Under the pieces are notes generated by a model, which saw only the letters and a program-made list of their open reading frames with translations, was not told the DNA's origin and did no database searches. Both the position numbers and the translations under genes were made by a program. From Acutalibacteraceae bacterium (GTDB taxonomy: Bacteria > Bacillota > Clostridia > Oscillospirales > Acutalibacteraceae): a stretch of DNA of 64,000 bases. Positions 28,435-37,843 of the stretch are shown piece after piece (within the stretch, counting starts at the first letter, position 1; every line of letters starts with the position of its first letter). The stretch is taken from the NCBI GenBank assembly GCA_045538815.1, contig JAZQEE010000066.1:279-64278 (forward strand), given 5' to 3'.

Positions 28435-29373
28435 ATGAAGCATATTTTTGTTATCAATCCTGCGGCAGGTCAGGGAAAGGCTCTTGAATTCATCAAGCCT
28501 AAAATCGAATGGGTGTGCAAAAAGTATAATCTTGATTATGAAATCTATGTAACCGAGAAAAAGGGCGACGGCATTGAGTTTGTTGATAATATGTCAAGAA
28601 CAGGTGAAGAAATCCGTTTCTATGCCTGCGGCGGTGACGGAACTCTTTATGATGTTGTAAACGGTGCATTCGGCTATCCGAATGTTCAGGTTGCAGTTAT
28701 TCCTCTCGGCTCAGGCAACGATTTTATCCGCCTTTTCGGCACTAAGGATGAGTTCATGGTGCTTGAAGATGTTATAAACGGCGTCCCCGTTTCTCTTGAT
28801 GTTATCAAGTGCGGAAATGAAATTGCAATCAATCAGTGCTCAATGGGTATGGACGCTGAGGTTTGCGCAATGCAGGGCAAAATCAAAAAGCTTCCCCTTG
28901 TAACGGGCGAGGGCGCATATTATATCGGTTGCCTTTACGCAATCATCAGAAAGTTTAAAAACAGATTTACCGTTACAATTGATGATCAGGAGCCTTTTAC
29001 TAAAGACTGCCTCTTCTGCTTCTGCGGTAACTCCCGTTGGTACGGCGGCGGCTTCAAGGCTGCTCCCAACGCTCAGCCAGACGATAATCTGCTTGACTTT
29101 GTTATTGTTGAAGCGAGCGTTACAAGAGCAAAGCTTGTTACTCTTCTTAACAAATATAAGAGAGGCGAGCATCTTGACTGGGATATAACAACATTCAAGC
29201 GCGGCAGAAAGCTGACTATTCACAGCGATAAGCCCGCAGCAGTCAATGTTGACGGTGAAACAAAATATGTAACTGACACTTCGTTTGAAATAATCGATAA
29301 CGGAATTGTTTTTGTTGTTCCCGCAAAGTCTGAATTCCTTAAAGAAAGAGGACTTGCACCTGAACAGAAATAA
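28435..29373 (+). CDS. diacylglycerol kinase-family lipid kinase (YegS/DagK-like)
   Basis: ACGGDGTLYDVVNG and PLGSGNDF motifs of the DAGK catalytic domain. Confidence 0.85.
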   Translation: MKHIFVINPAAGQGKALEFIKPKIEWVCKKYNLDYEIYVTEKKGDGIEFVDNMSRTGEEIRFYACGGDGTLYDVVNGAFGYPNVQVAVIPLGSGNDFIRLFGTKDEFMVLEDVINGVPVSLDVIKCGNEIAINQCSMGMDAEVCAMQGKIKKLPLVTGEGAYYIGCLYAIIRKFKNRFTVTIDDQEPFTKDCLFCFCGNSRWYGGGFKAAPNAQPDDNLLDFVIVEASVTRAKLVTLLNKYKRGEHLDWDITTFKRGRKLTIHSDKPAAVNVDGETKYVTDTSFEIIDNGIVFVVPAKSEFLKERGLAPEQK

Positions 29374-29385
29374 AAGGAGAAAAAC

Positions 29386-29862
29386 ATGAAACACTGTGAA
29401 AGCTGCGGCGCAAGAGCAGAGGATTCGGCAACTTTTTGTCCGGTATGCGGTGCCAGAGTTGTTGCCTCTGCTTCCGATAAAAAAGCGCAGGCGCAGACAA
29501 GAATTGAAGATGCCTTCAATCAGTTTACAAATACAGCAAACACAACTGCTGATTACTCTTCTGAAGACATTGCAAAAAACAAGCTGATGAGCATTGTTGC
29601 GTATCTCGGCGTTTTCTGCATGGTTCCGCTTTTTATTGCAAAGGATTCGCCCTATGCAAGGTTTCACACCAATCAGGGGCTTGTTCTGTTCCTCTTCAGC
29701 TTGCTGACCTCTGTTGCAGGCTTTATTCCGTATATAGGCTGGCTTGTTGCGGCGGCGATATCAATTTTAAACTGTCTGCTGATGGTTGTCGGTATTCTTA
29801 ATGTAATAAAGGGTGAGGCAAAAGAGCTTCCGCTCATCGGAAAGTTCAGAATTTTAAAATAG
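29386..29862 (+). CDS. zinc-ribbon membrane protein (DUF4870-like)
   Basis: N-terminal CxxC...CxxC (CESCG...CPVCG), then TM helices with the ARFHTNQGLVL motif. Confidence 0.7.
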   Translation: MKHCESCGARAEDSATFCPVCGARVVASASDKKAQAQTRIEDAFNQFTNTANTTADYSSEDIAKNKLMSIVAYLGVFCMVPLFIAKDSPYARFHTNQGLVLFLFSLLTSVAGFIPYIGWLVAAAISILNCLLMVVGILNVIKGEAKELPLIGKFRILK

Positions 29863-29872
29863 GGTGACAACT

Positions 29873-31021
29873 ATGAATAATCCAAATGCTGTTAAAGTCA
29901 ATTCTCTGGGCAAAATAAGAATCATGCAGGTGAGTGACCCTCAGGATATGAAATATGTCCGTAAAGCAATGGTTAACATGCTTGACAATGCCTACGACAA
30001 GCTCAAGCCCGATCTTGTGCTTTTTACGGGCGATAATATTCTCGGCAATCATCTGCTTGATGCGCGTTTCGGAACGAAGCAGGTAGCAAGCGGAAAGGCG
30101 GCAACTCTTGAGATTATGAAAGAGTCAATTGCCCATATCTGTGAGCCCCTTGAAAAAAGAGGGATTCCCTTTGCCATGATTTACGGAAATCATGATGATA
30201 TGAATCTTGTTTCAAAAGATGAGCAGGCAGATATTTACCGCAGCTATTCCATGTGTCTTCCGATGAATAAGGATAACCCTGATATTGATTGCGATACTTA
30301 TAATATTCCTGTTATGTCAGCTGACGGAGAAAAGATGGTTTTCAATCTCTGGATGCTTGACAGTGCATGGTATGATAAGGCGCAGGATAAATGCTATCAG
30401 GAAATAAAACCCGAGACCGTTGAATGGTATAAAAATACCTCGGCACAGATAAAGAAAATGAATGGCGGAGAGGCAGTTCCTTCGCTCATGTTTATCCATA
30501 TTCCGCTTCCCGAAACAATGAATCTGATTGAAAGATGCAGCCCTGATGCACCCGGTGCAATCAACAGCAGGGAGATGGGTTGGTGCAGACTCAACCCCGA
30601 AAGAGCAAGGGGGCAGATTATGGAGCTTCCTTCAATTCTCGAGGAATCGAACGGTCTTTTTGACGCTGTTCTTGAATGCGGTGATGTCAAGGGTATCGTA
30701 ACCGGTCATGACCACGCAAACCTCTTTGAAGGAAAATATAAGGGTATCAATTTTATTCAGACATCATGCGCTTCCTTCCGTTGCTACGGAAACGAAACAA
30801 GGGGAGTCAGAATATTTGAAATTGATGAGAGAGATCCTTCGGATTATGTGACATATTTCTTTAACTATGCCGATTTGTGCGGCAGGGGAGTCGGCTCGAA
30901 ACTCAGATATTTCTGGGATGCCGATGAAAAAGAAAAAGAAAAAATAGCAGTAATCGCAGGCGCAGCCGCAACGGCAGTCGGCGTTGCCGGAAAAGTCATT
31001 AAAACGTTAATTAAGAAATAA
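29873..31021 (+). CDS. calcineurin-like metallophosphoesterase, C-terminally tail-anchored
   Basis: Motifs QVSDPQ, FTGDN, YGNHDD and GHDH. C-terminal hydrophobic segment IAVIAGAAATAVGVAG. Start is ATG 29873 or GTG 29864. Confidence 0.75.
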   Translation: MNNPNAVKVNSLGKIRIMQVSDPQDMKYVRKAMVNMLDNAYDKLKPDLVLFTGDNILGNHLLDARFGTKQVASGKAATLEIMKESIAHICEPLEKRGIPFAMIYGNHDDMNLVSKDEQADIYRSYSMCLPMNKDNPDIDCDTYNIPVMSADGEKMVFNLWMLDSAWYDKAQDKCYQEIKPETVEWYKNTSAQIKKMNGGEAVPSLMFIHIPLPETMNLIERCSPDAPGAINSREMGWCRLNPERARGQIMELPSILEESNGLFDAVLECGDVKGIVTGHDHANLFEGKYKGINFIQTSCASFRCYGNETRGVRIFEIDERDPSDYVTYFFNYADLCGRGVGSKLRYFWDADEKEKEKIAVIAGAAATAVGVAGKVIKTLIKK

Positions 31022-31060
31022 ACAATCGGGTCTGATGCTTTTGACATCAGACCCGATTGT
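31022..31060. terminator. bidirectional hairpin between convergent phosphoesterase genes
   Basis: ACAATCGGGTCTGATG / CATCAGACCCGATTGT, a 16-bp perfect stem. Confidence 0.8.
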
Positions 31061-31072
31061 TATTGATTGCTG

Positions 31073-32503
31073 TTAAAAATGTCCGCCTCTGATTGCAACG
31101 GTTATCTTATCGCCCTCAAGGTAAATATATCCGAGAACTTCAACAACCTTATAGAGAAGACGGTGGAACTTTTTGAGAAGTGAATTATCATTGTGTTCTT
31201 CATCAGTTTTCTCAATTGTAAGCGAATCAAGAAGGTCGCTGTTGTCGCCTCTTCTTGTTTCGATTTTCATTGTGTCGCCTTCAAATTCAAGCGTAGTGTA
31301 TGTTGTTACATCGTTCTTGCCGAAGCTGTAAGCAACATAATTCATGTTGAGCTTTTCATATTCCTCAAAGCTGCCCTGATCGCAGATTGCATTTGTGTTA
31401 AGATAAACGGTGCCTCTGGGATTTGTGTATGTTTCGCCGCTGTTTGCTTTGCCGATTGTCATGCTTTCATACATGAAGTGAGAACGGCCCTGAATGTGGC
31501 TGTGACCCGTAAGGACAAGGTCAACATCAAAGGTGTCAAAAATCGGAGTGAAAACAGCGTTGAGAAGAATCTGTGTTTCGGCGCTGAATGCACAGAAAGC
31601 AGGACCGAAAAGTGCCTGATGCATAACACCTATTCTCCATTTTGCGTCAGGATTTTTTGCGACTGCCTCTTTTGCCATTGCCATATGGTCAGCGGCTGAA
31701 GCTGAGCAAGCATCGAAAACAAGATAGAGAACATCGCCATATCGGAACCAGAAATCACGGTCAAGTCCTTCAAAATATTTCCCGAAATATTCGTTGGGCA
31801 TGTTGGTGTAATAATTATAGGTCATACCTTTTTTATCATGGTTACCGATTGCGAGTGCAAGAGGAAGGTTTCTGAGCGCTTCGGGCATAAGAAGCGTCTG
31901 CCATTCATCGGCTGTTTTGCCGGTGGAAGTGTTGTCACCGGGGGATACAAGATAACTGATATCGGGATTCTCTGTAAGTGCTTCAGCGAGAACATTGTTC
32001 CATGTGAGTCCGTCCTGAGACTGCTTTGTTGAGTTCTCGGTCTGACCGCCGATCTGAATATCGCCGATAACAACAGCCTTGTGCGAACTGAATGATTTTG
32101 TATCAAAATTGCAGACCTCGCTCCAGCCGTTTTCGCTGTGCCACTGATAATAGTAAGAAGTGTTTTCTTCAAGACCTGTTACTGTAACACGGCATACAAG
32201 CTGTTCATCGTTTTCTGCTTCTGTTGTTTTGCCGGTAAATGTTTTGTAATCAGCCATTGAAGCGGATTTTGAGAGTCGAACTTCGGCTGAAGCCTTGTCT
32301 TTTGCTGCGTGCCATACAAGGCTGACCTGAGTTTCATCTGCTCCTATGCAAAGCATCGGAAGAGTGTTTTCATCAGAAAGAGAGGAATAAATATTGTCCC
32401 ACTCATCCTGAGCAAGCTTTTCGGCATTGAAATCGGCAAAACCTACGCTGTAAAGCTGAAACGCCATGATAACTGCGAGAAATAAAGATAAAACCTTTTT
32501 CAT
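31073..32503 (-). CDS. secreted metallophosphoesterase, purple-acid-phosphatase-like
   Basis: ATG at 32503 after AAGGAGA. Signal peptide MKKVLSLFLAVIMAFQLYSVGFA. N-terminal FN3-like region, then GDIQ, GDN, GNHD and GHSH motifs. Confidence 0.75.
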   Translation of the reverse strand: MKKVLSLFLAVIMAFQLYSVGFADFNAEKLAQDEWDNIYSSLSDENTLPMLCIGADETQVSLVWHAAKDKASAEVRLSKSASMADYKTFTGKTTEAENDEQLVCRVTVTGLEENTSYYYQWHSENGWSEVCNFDTKSFSSHKAVVIGDIQIGGQTENSTKQSQDGLTWNNVLAEALTENPDISYLVSPGDNTSTGKTADEWQTLLMPEALRNLPLALAIGNHDKKGMTYNYYTNMPNEYFGKYFEGLDRDFWFRYGDVLYLVFDACSASAADHMAMAKEAVAKNPDAKWRIGVMHQALFGPAFCAFSAETQILLNAVFTPIFDTFDVDLVLTGHSHIQGRSHFMYESMTIGKANSGETYTNPRGTVYLNTNAICDQGSFEEYEKLNMNYVAYSFGKNDVTTYTTLEFEGDTMKIETRRGDNSDLLDSLTIEKTDEEHNDNSLLKKFHRLLYKVVEVLGYIYLEGDKITVAIRGGHF

Positions 32504-32565
32504 TTTTATGTTCTCCTTTTCATTTTTTTCTATTTTAACAAACCACAACAGATTTGTAAAGAAAA

Positions 32566-32593
32566 ATCCCCGACTTTTGAAAAAGTCGGGGAT
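32566..32593 (-). terminator. rho-independent terminator after the PPIase gene
   Basis: ATCCCCGACTTTT / AAAAGTCGGGGAT stem, with a T-run following on the minus strand. Confidence 0.75.
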
Positions 32594-32601
32594 GTAATTA
32601 T

Positions 32602-34284
32602 TTATTTTGATGAATATGCAAGATTCTTTCTGATTCTGTCGCAGAATTCCTTGCTTGTGTAGTTCATCCAGCTGTTGTTCTTGGTGAGAGAATATGCTCC
32701 GTCTTCAGCGATAAGTGTATCGTTGAATTCTGTGAAATCTTCTTCACCCAATGTTGTGCGGATAGTGTTCTTCCAGTCAAGGTCTTCGGTGTTATCGCTT
32801 ACGAAATACATAATGTGATAGCCGTATTCTGTTTCGATAATGCCGCTGTCGCCTGCTTTTCTGGAATCATTGAAGCACCAGTTCTCAAAAGCTTCAACAT
32901 AATTGTCGCTGATTCTGATTGCTTCATAAAGGCCGCCTGTTTCAGCTGAGCCGGTATCTTCTGAATTGTCAATAGCCATCTGCTTGAAGGTAGCCTCGGT
33001 CTTTTCGCCTGCAAGCCACTCATCATAAAGCTTCTTTGCCTTGCTGTATGCGGTCTGCTTCTCTTCGTCGGTTACATTCTTTGAATCCTTAGCTTCAAAC
33101 TGAATGAGGCAATGACGAACATCAACGCTGTTCATAACATAAGCAGCCTTATCAATCATAATGATGTAAGCAGCCTTGTCGCCGGTGATGATGGTCTTGT
33201 CGCCTGCCTTGCGTGCAGCGTCGAATACCCAGTTTGCGCCGCCTTCTGAAACAGCGGTAACAAGTGATGAATAGGTAGCAGCTGCGGACTTGGTTGTGTA
33301 GTCAGCAGTATCTGCTGCAGCCTTCTCTGCGTCAACATCTTTGTTCTTATAATCTCTGACAGCCTTTACAAATGATGCCTTATCTGTGATGCCGTCAAAG
33401 ATTGCCTTAGCTTCAGCGCTAACCTTGTTGTTAGCTTCCTTCTGTCTTGCTTCAAGAGCTTCCTTTGTTTCGCCTTCGTTAGCGGTAAGGGTTGCAAATG
33501 CGAAGGTGTAGTATGTTACATCTGCGTAATTGTATTCCTTGGTGTTTTTATCGTATTCAGCCTTAATCTCTTCGTCTGAAACTGATGTAAGAAGCTCGGA
33601 CTGCTTGTCATTATAGAAATTCTGTGCAAGAGTTTCCATTTCAAGCTGCTTTCTGAAAACCTTCTCAGTGAAGCCGCCGCCGAATGAATCGCGGAGATAT
33701 GCATTGAGAGAATAGTTATTTTCAGCAGCATTTGTTCTGTAGCTTTCGATTGTTTCGTCGATTTCTTTCTTCTCATCGTCTGTGAGAGTGAGACCTGCTT
33801 TAACAGCCTCGTTGTAGTTTGCAATGATAAACTGTGCCTGCTCAGCAGCAGCGGTCTTGAACTGCTCAGCCCATGTGATTTCGTTGCCGTCAGCGTCCTT
33901 TGTCTTCTGATCGTCGGGAGCAGCTGAAGTGTCAAATCCCATGTCATAGCCCATATTCTGCTGGTAATAGTCCTGCATGTATGCGGCCTGCTGATACTGC
34001 ATTGAGTAATAGTAGTTGAATTCAGCGGTGGAAACTTTTGTGTCGCCAACCTTGAGAGCGGTTGTGTATTTTTCGACAACACCGAGATTGTCGATAAGTG
34101 CCCAGCCGATGCCGCCGATGATTGCAACAACAAGAACGATTGCAACAACTTTCTTTGCTACTTTTGCAAGAGTTGTGCGCTTTTCGATGCTTTTGGCATT
34201 CTGTTTTGCAGCCTTAGCAATTCTTGCCTTTCTTTCCTCGCGGTAAATTTCGGCCTTGCTTTTTGTGGTTTCATTTTTAGCCAT
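32602..34284 (-). CDS. membrane-anchored parvulin-type peptidyl-prolyl isomerase (PrsA/SurA-like)
   Basis: N-terminal basic region plus a TM (VVAIVLVVAIIGGIGWALI), a long chaperone-like region and a parvulin core (VRHCLIQF...GYHIMYF). Confidence 0.8.
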   Translation of the reverse strand: MAKNETTKSKAEIYREERKARIAKAAKQNAKSIEKRTTLAKVAKKVVAIVLVVAIIGGIGWALIDNLGVVEKYTTALKVGDTKVSTAEFNYYYSMQYQQAAYMQDYYQQNMGYDMGFDTSAAPDDQKTKDADGNEITWAEQFKTAAAEQAQFIIANYNEAVKAGLTLTDDEKKEIDETIESYRTNAAENNYSLNAYLRDSFGGGFTEKVFRKQLEMETLAQNFYNDKQSELLTSVSDEEIKAEYDKNTKEYNYADVTYYTFAFATLTANEGETKEALEARQKEANNKVSAEAKAIFDGITDKASFVKAVRDYKNKDVDAEKAAADTADYTTKSAAATYSSLVTAVSEGGANWVFDAARKAGDKTIITGDKAAYIIMIDKAAYVMNSVDVRHCLIQFEAKDSKNVTDEEKQTAYSKAKKLYDEWLAGEKTEATFKQMAIDNSEDTGSAETGGLYEAIRISDNYVEAFENWCFNDSRKAGDSGIIETEYGYHIMYFVSDNTEDLDWKNTIRTTLGEEDFTEFNDTLIAEDGAYSLTKNNSWMNYTSKEFCDRIRKNLAYSSK

Positions 34285-34420
34285 TACTTGTTCATCCTTT
34301 ACTTAAATAATTATTGCCGACCGAACAAAATCGGCACAATAAATATATATTATACTATTTTTACTGATTTTACAAGCTTTTTTATAAAAATTTATATGCA
34401 ATTTGTTTTTTGTTAACATT

Positions 34421-35383
34421 TTAAAGCTTTCCGTTAAGAAATTCATTCTTAAACCATACATTCTTAACCTCAAAACTCTTTCCGTTAAGGTAATTCAGTT
34501 CTGCAGCGTCCGTGGTGAATGCGAAATTAAGACGGTATGAGCAGAGAAACTGTTTTTTATAGCCGAGAGGCTTGTTCAGCGCATTGCTTCCGTATTTCCC
34601 GTCGCCGAGGAGAGGATGACCGATGCTTGCAAAATGCGCTCTTATCTGATGAGTTCTTCCTGTTAGAAGTTCAACCTCAACAAGGCTCAGCTCATCTCTT
34701 TCCGAAATAACCTTATATTTGGTTTTAATCTGTTTTGTTCCGGGCTTTTCATCCCTGAATACTTTAACGAGGTTTTTCTTTTCGTTCTTGGAAAGCCAGC
34801 CCGTAAGAGTTCCGCTTTTTTTGCTCAGTATTCCGTGAACAACGCAGAGATAGTATTTTTCAAGCTCTCTGTCCTTAAGCTTCTGATTAAGAATTCTCAG
34901 GCTTGCCGCGTTTTTTGCGGCAATAACAATACCCGCTGTGTTTCTGTCAATTCTGTTGACAAGAGAGGGGACAAATGAGTTTTCGTCCTCGGGATTATAT
35001 TCACCTTTTTCGTAAAGATATCGCTTGACCCTTGTTATCAGCGTATCAACATATTCATTGTCATCGGGGTGAGAAAGCAGACCGACCTTTTTATCAAGCA
35101 GAAGAATGTTTTCATCCTCATAAACAATATCAAGCTTGTCCGAAGCTGCAAGAAAATCATAGTGTTTTTTTATGGGCGCAAAGAATTCATCGTTGATATA
35201 CATGTCAACAACGTCTCCTTCGTTAAGCCTGAGAGAAATTTCTCCTCTTTTTGAGTTAACCTTTATTCTCTTGGTTCTTATGTACTTGTAAAGTAAGGAT
35301 TGGGGAAGTGCGGGCACTGCTTTTGTAATGAATTTGTCAAGCCGCTGACCCGAATCGTTTTTTGAAATAACAAAGCTTTTCAA
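34421..35383 (-). CDS. RluA-family 23S rRNA pseudouridine synthase
   Basis: S4-like N-terminus (QRLDKFI). Catalytic motif VNRIDRNTAGIVIAAK and GRTHQIRAHF. Confidence 0.9.
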   Translation of the reverse strand: MKSFVISKNDSGQRLDKFITKAVPALPQSLLYKYIRTKRIKVNSKRGEISLRLNEGDVVDMYINDEFFAPIKKHYDFLAASDKLDIVYEDENILLLDKKVGLLSHPDDNEYVDTLITRVKRYLYEKGEYNPEDENSFVPSLVNRIDRNTAGIVIAAKNAASLRILNQKLKDRELEKYYLCVVHGILSKKSGTLTGWLSKNEKKNLVKVFRDEKPGTKQIKTKYKVISERDELSLVEVELLTGRTHQIRAHFASIGHPLLGDGKYGSNALNKPLGYKKQFLCSYRLNFAFTTDAAELNYLNGKSFEVKNVWFKNEFLNGKL

Positions 35384-35470
35384 TGATTATCTCTCCGGAA
35401 TAAAAAAGTATTTGCAAAATTGCAATTGTATGGTAAAATATGTTCATTATTACTGCTACGGAGCATGAGT

Positions 35471-36172
35471 ATGAACGAAAAGAAAAACAATCCTCATCAG
35501 AATCACAGAGCAAGGGTCAGAGAAACCTTCCGCAAAGCAGGCGCAGAAGGAATGCCTGACCATAACCTTCTTGAGCTTATTCTTTTCTATTCAATCCCGA
35601 GAAAGGATACAAATGAAATTGCCCACAGACTGATTGATACTTTCGGTTCGCTCAAAAGGGTTTTTGATGCGCCTTACGAAAGACTTGTTGAGGTTGAGGG
35701 AGTAGGCGAAAGCTCAGCCTTGCTCATTTCGATGATTCCGGGTATCTGCAGAAGATATATCGAAGGCGGAGAAGCCGGAAAAATCAATCTCAGCGAACCG
35801 GAAGATGTTAAGAAATACATCATTTCAAAATATTACGGCTGCAAGAACGAGGTTTTCTATATGATATGCCTTGATGCGCTCGGAAACCTGATTAACTGCT
35901 GCAAGCTCGGTGAAGGAACAACTGACAGCGTTATTCTTGATAAACGCAGCGTGCTCGAAACAGCGTTCAGAAACAATGCGGATACCGTGATTTTTGCCCA
36001 CAATCATCCCGGCGGAGTTGCCGCACCTTCCAAGGAAGATATTGTGTTAACGGATGAATTCAATGCTCTTTTCAGAGGCGTGGGCATAAGACTTGCAGAC
36101 CACCTTATAATCGGCGGCGAGGATGTTCTGGCGCTCGCATCAGTTCCGAAATTCAGAACTCTTTTTATATAA
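35471..36172 (+). CDS. radC: RadC-family JAB-domain protein
   Basis: HhH N-terminal region plus JAMM motif FAHNHPGG. ATG at 35471 has the best spacing from the ACGGAG RBS. Confidence 0.9.
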   Translation: MNEKKNNPHQNHRARVRETFRKAGAEGMPDHNLLELILFYSIPRKDTNEIAHRLIDTFGSLKRVFDAPYERLVEVEGVGESSALLISMIPGICRRYIEGGEAGKINLSEPEDVKKYIISKYYGCKNEVFYMICLDALGNLINCCKLGEGTTDSVILDKRSVLETAFRNNADTVIFAHNHPGGVAAPSKEDIVLTDEFNALFRGVGIRLADHLIIGGEDVLALASVPKFRTLFI

Positions 36173-36178
36173 ATCTTC

Positions 36179-36216
36179 AGCGGATGCATCTTTCGGTGCA
36201 CCCGCTTTTATTTTTT
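36179..36216 (+). terminator. hairpin terminator after radC, next to the GH5 stop
   Basis: AGCGGaTGCA...TGCAcCCGCT imperfect stem followed by TTTTATTTTTT. Confidence 0.6.
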
Positions 36217-37697
36217 CAGAATTTTATAACAACCTTGATTCTGCCCTGATTGCCTTTTATATAAAGCCTTGAAGCGTCGCAGCCTTCTATAGGCTCAACG
36301 GTATATTCGCAGCTGCAATCAATTGAAGAGAAGGCTTTGTGAATATAAATTTCGGTGGGTGAATTATACTCTCTGTCCTGCTCATATTCAAGAGTGAATG
36401 TTCCGTTTTCTCTGTCGGTTGTGTAACCGATGATGTTGCCGCAGACAGCAACGGGAGCGGTGCGCAGCAGAGATGTCATAATCGGGTCATCAAGCAGACC
36501 GTCATAATATGCCCAGTATGTATGACCCCACTGATAGCCGTCAAATTTATCGAGCAGATAGTTGATGTGGAAAAGCCAGTCGGTGCCTTCGGAAGCGCCG
36601 CCCCATTCGCCGACAATAACGGGTACATCGAGTCTCTCCTGCGACCTTCTGTGCTCATCAAAAATTGAGCCGACTCTTGAATTACTTGCGTATTTGTAAG
36701 CGGGAGTGTCAACCATAAGGTCGTATGCGTGAGGCGCAAAGCAAAGCTTTTCTTCGCGCTTTCCGTCGTAGTTTACCGCAGGGGCGGAGTAGGGGATTCC
36801 GAGGTTGGAGTAATAGCTGTTTTCCATTATGATAATGCCGTTGTCTGTAACCTCACGGATTGCCTTTGCGGTGCGATTTATAAACTGCGAATAATAGCCC
36901 GTATCAAATTTTCTGATAATCTCGTCCGCTGCACTCGTAACCTTTCGGAAAAGTGTCGGATCATTGAACGGCTCAAGAACTTTTATTGCATTTCCGCTGA
37001 CAAGTTGTTTTATCATCCAGAGCTTTTTGCAGCGTTTGTCGGTGATAACCGTTTTGGCAATGCTTGCAATGAGCTTTCTGAATACCTTGCCACCGTCCGT
37101 GCCGGGGAAAGGCTCATTGAAAACATCGAAACCGAAAAGTGCAGGATGATCCTTGAAACGCTCTGCAACATGCTTCCACATATTACAGAAATATGTCTGA
37201 AGAGGAACGCCGTTTACCTTGTCATTTGCCCAGAAATGGTCAAAGGCCCTGTGAACTGCCTTGCCCCAGAAATAGCCCTCAGCCCATACTAATTTTGTTT
37301 TCTGCAGCTTTGCACCGTCTGTTATGCATGCCCACGGAGGAGCGCCGTCGCCCGCAGTTTCGTGAGCTCCGGAATATAAATCCTGATGCATATCAAGGTA
37401 AAAATATATTCCGTATTTATGGCAAAGGTCGGCGATTTTTTCAATTCTGTCAAGATAGTCTTCATTATATTGATTGGGTTCGGGTTCAACTGCATCCCAT
37501 GTCATGCCGAGACGAACAAGATTGAAGCCCATTCTGCTGAGCCTTGCAATAAGCTCTTCGCTGAAACCGAGTTCATAAACCCTTCTGCTGTTTTCGTCGG
37601 GATTATATCCTTTGTCGCAAAGATTGATTCCGTTGAAAATGCGCTGTCTGCCGTCGGAATCAATGAATTTTCTCTCGGAAGTGGTTATCTTCTGCAT
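36216..37697 (-). CDS. GH5 glycoside hydrolase, endoglycoceramidase/glucosylceramidase-like subgroup, cytoplasmic
   Basis: GH5 acid/base motif VFNEPFPG and nucleophile motif VIVGEWGG. LVRLGMTWDAVEPEPNQYNEDYLDRI...YLDMHQDLYSG closely resembles endoglycoceramidase-type GH5 enzymes (from memory). No signal peptide. Confidence 0.75.
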   Translation of the reverse strand: MQKITTSERKFIDSDGRQRIFNGINLCDKGYNPDENSRRVYELGFSEELIARLSRMGFNLVRLGMTWDAVEPEPNQYNEDYLDRIEKIADLCHKYGIYFYLDMHQDLYSGAHETAGDGAPPWACITDGAKLQKTKLVWAEGYFWGKAVHRAFDHFWANDKVNGVPLQTYFCNMWKHVAERFKDHPALFGFDVFNEPFPGTDGGKVFRKLIASIAKTVITDKRCKKLWMIKQLVSGNAIKVLEPFNDPTLFRKVTSAADEIIRKFDTGYYSQFINRTAKAIREVTDNGIIIMENSYYSNLGIPYSAPAVNYDGKREEKLCFAPHAYDLMVDTPAYKYASNSRVGSIFDEHRRSQERLDVPVIVGEWGGASEGTDWLFHINYLLDKFDGYQWGHTYWAYYDGLLDDPIMTSLLRTAPVAVCGNIIGYTTDRENGTFTLEYEQDREYNSPTEIYIHKAFSSIDCSCEYTVEPIEGCDASRLYIKGNQGRIKVVIKF

Positions 37698-37771
37698 GGC
37701 AAATATTCCTTTCCCGTTTTTATGAATTGATTATATCATTATGTAAATGTTTTTTCAACATCATTTTTTTG

Positions 37772-37800
37772 TTGCTTATTTTACTCTGCTGTGATATAAT
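37772..37800 (+). promoter_or_regulatory. sigma-A type promoter for the alcohol dehydrogenase gene
   Basis: TTGCTT (37772-37777), 17-nt spacer, TGa-TATAAT (37792-37800). Confidence 0.55.
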
Positions 37801-37843
37801 ATCTTAGAAATAATTTAATGCTATTGAAAAGGGGTAATTATTT

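Noticed and set aside
28840-29667. 275-aa antisense ORF spanning the lipid kinase and zinc-ribbon genes
   Set aside because: It is antisense to two well-supported genes and has a Cys/Phe/Asn-rich, protein-unlike composition with no RBS or promoter. It is a typical shadow ORF.
33516-34148. 210-aa alternative-frame ORF within the PrsA-like gene
   Set aside because: Same strand but out of frame with a long, motif-supported PPIase gene. It reads as a low-complexity S/T/L/Q-rich sequence.
37722-37750. TTATGTAAAT resembling the XerD arm of a dif site
   Set aside because: Only the right arm resembles the Bacillota dif consensus. The central region and left arm do not match. The sequence sits in the AT-rich promoter region of the alcohol dehydrogenase gene.
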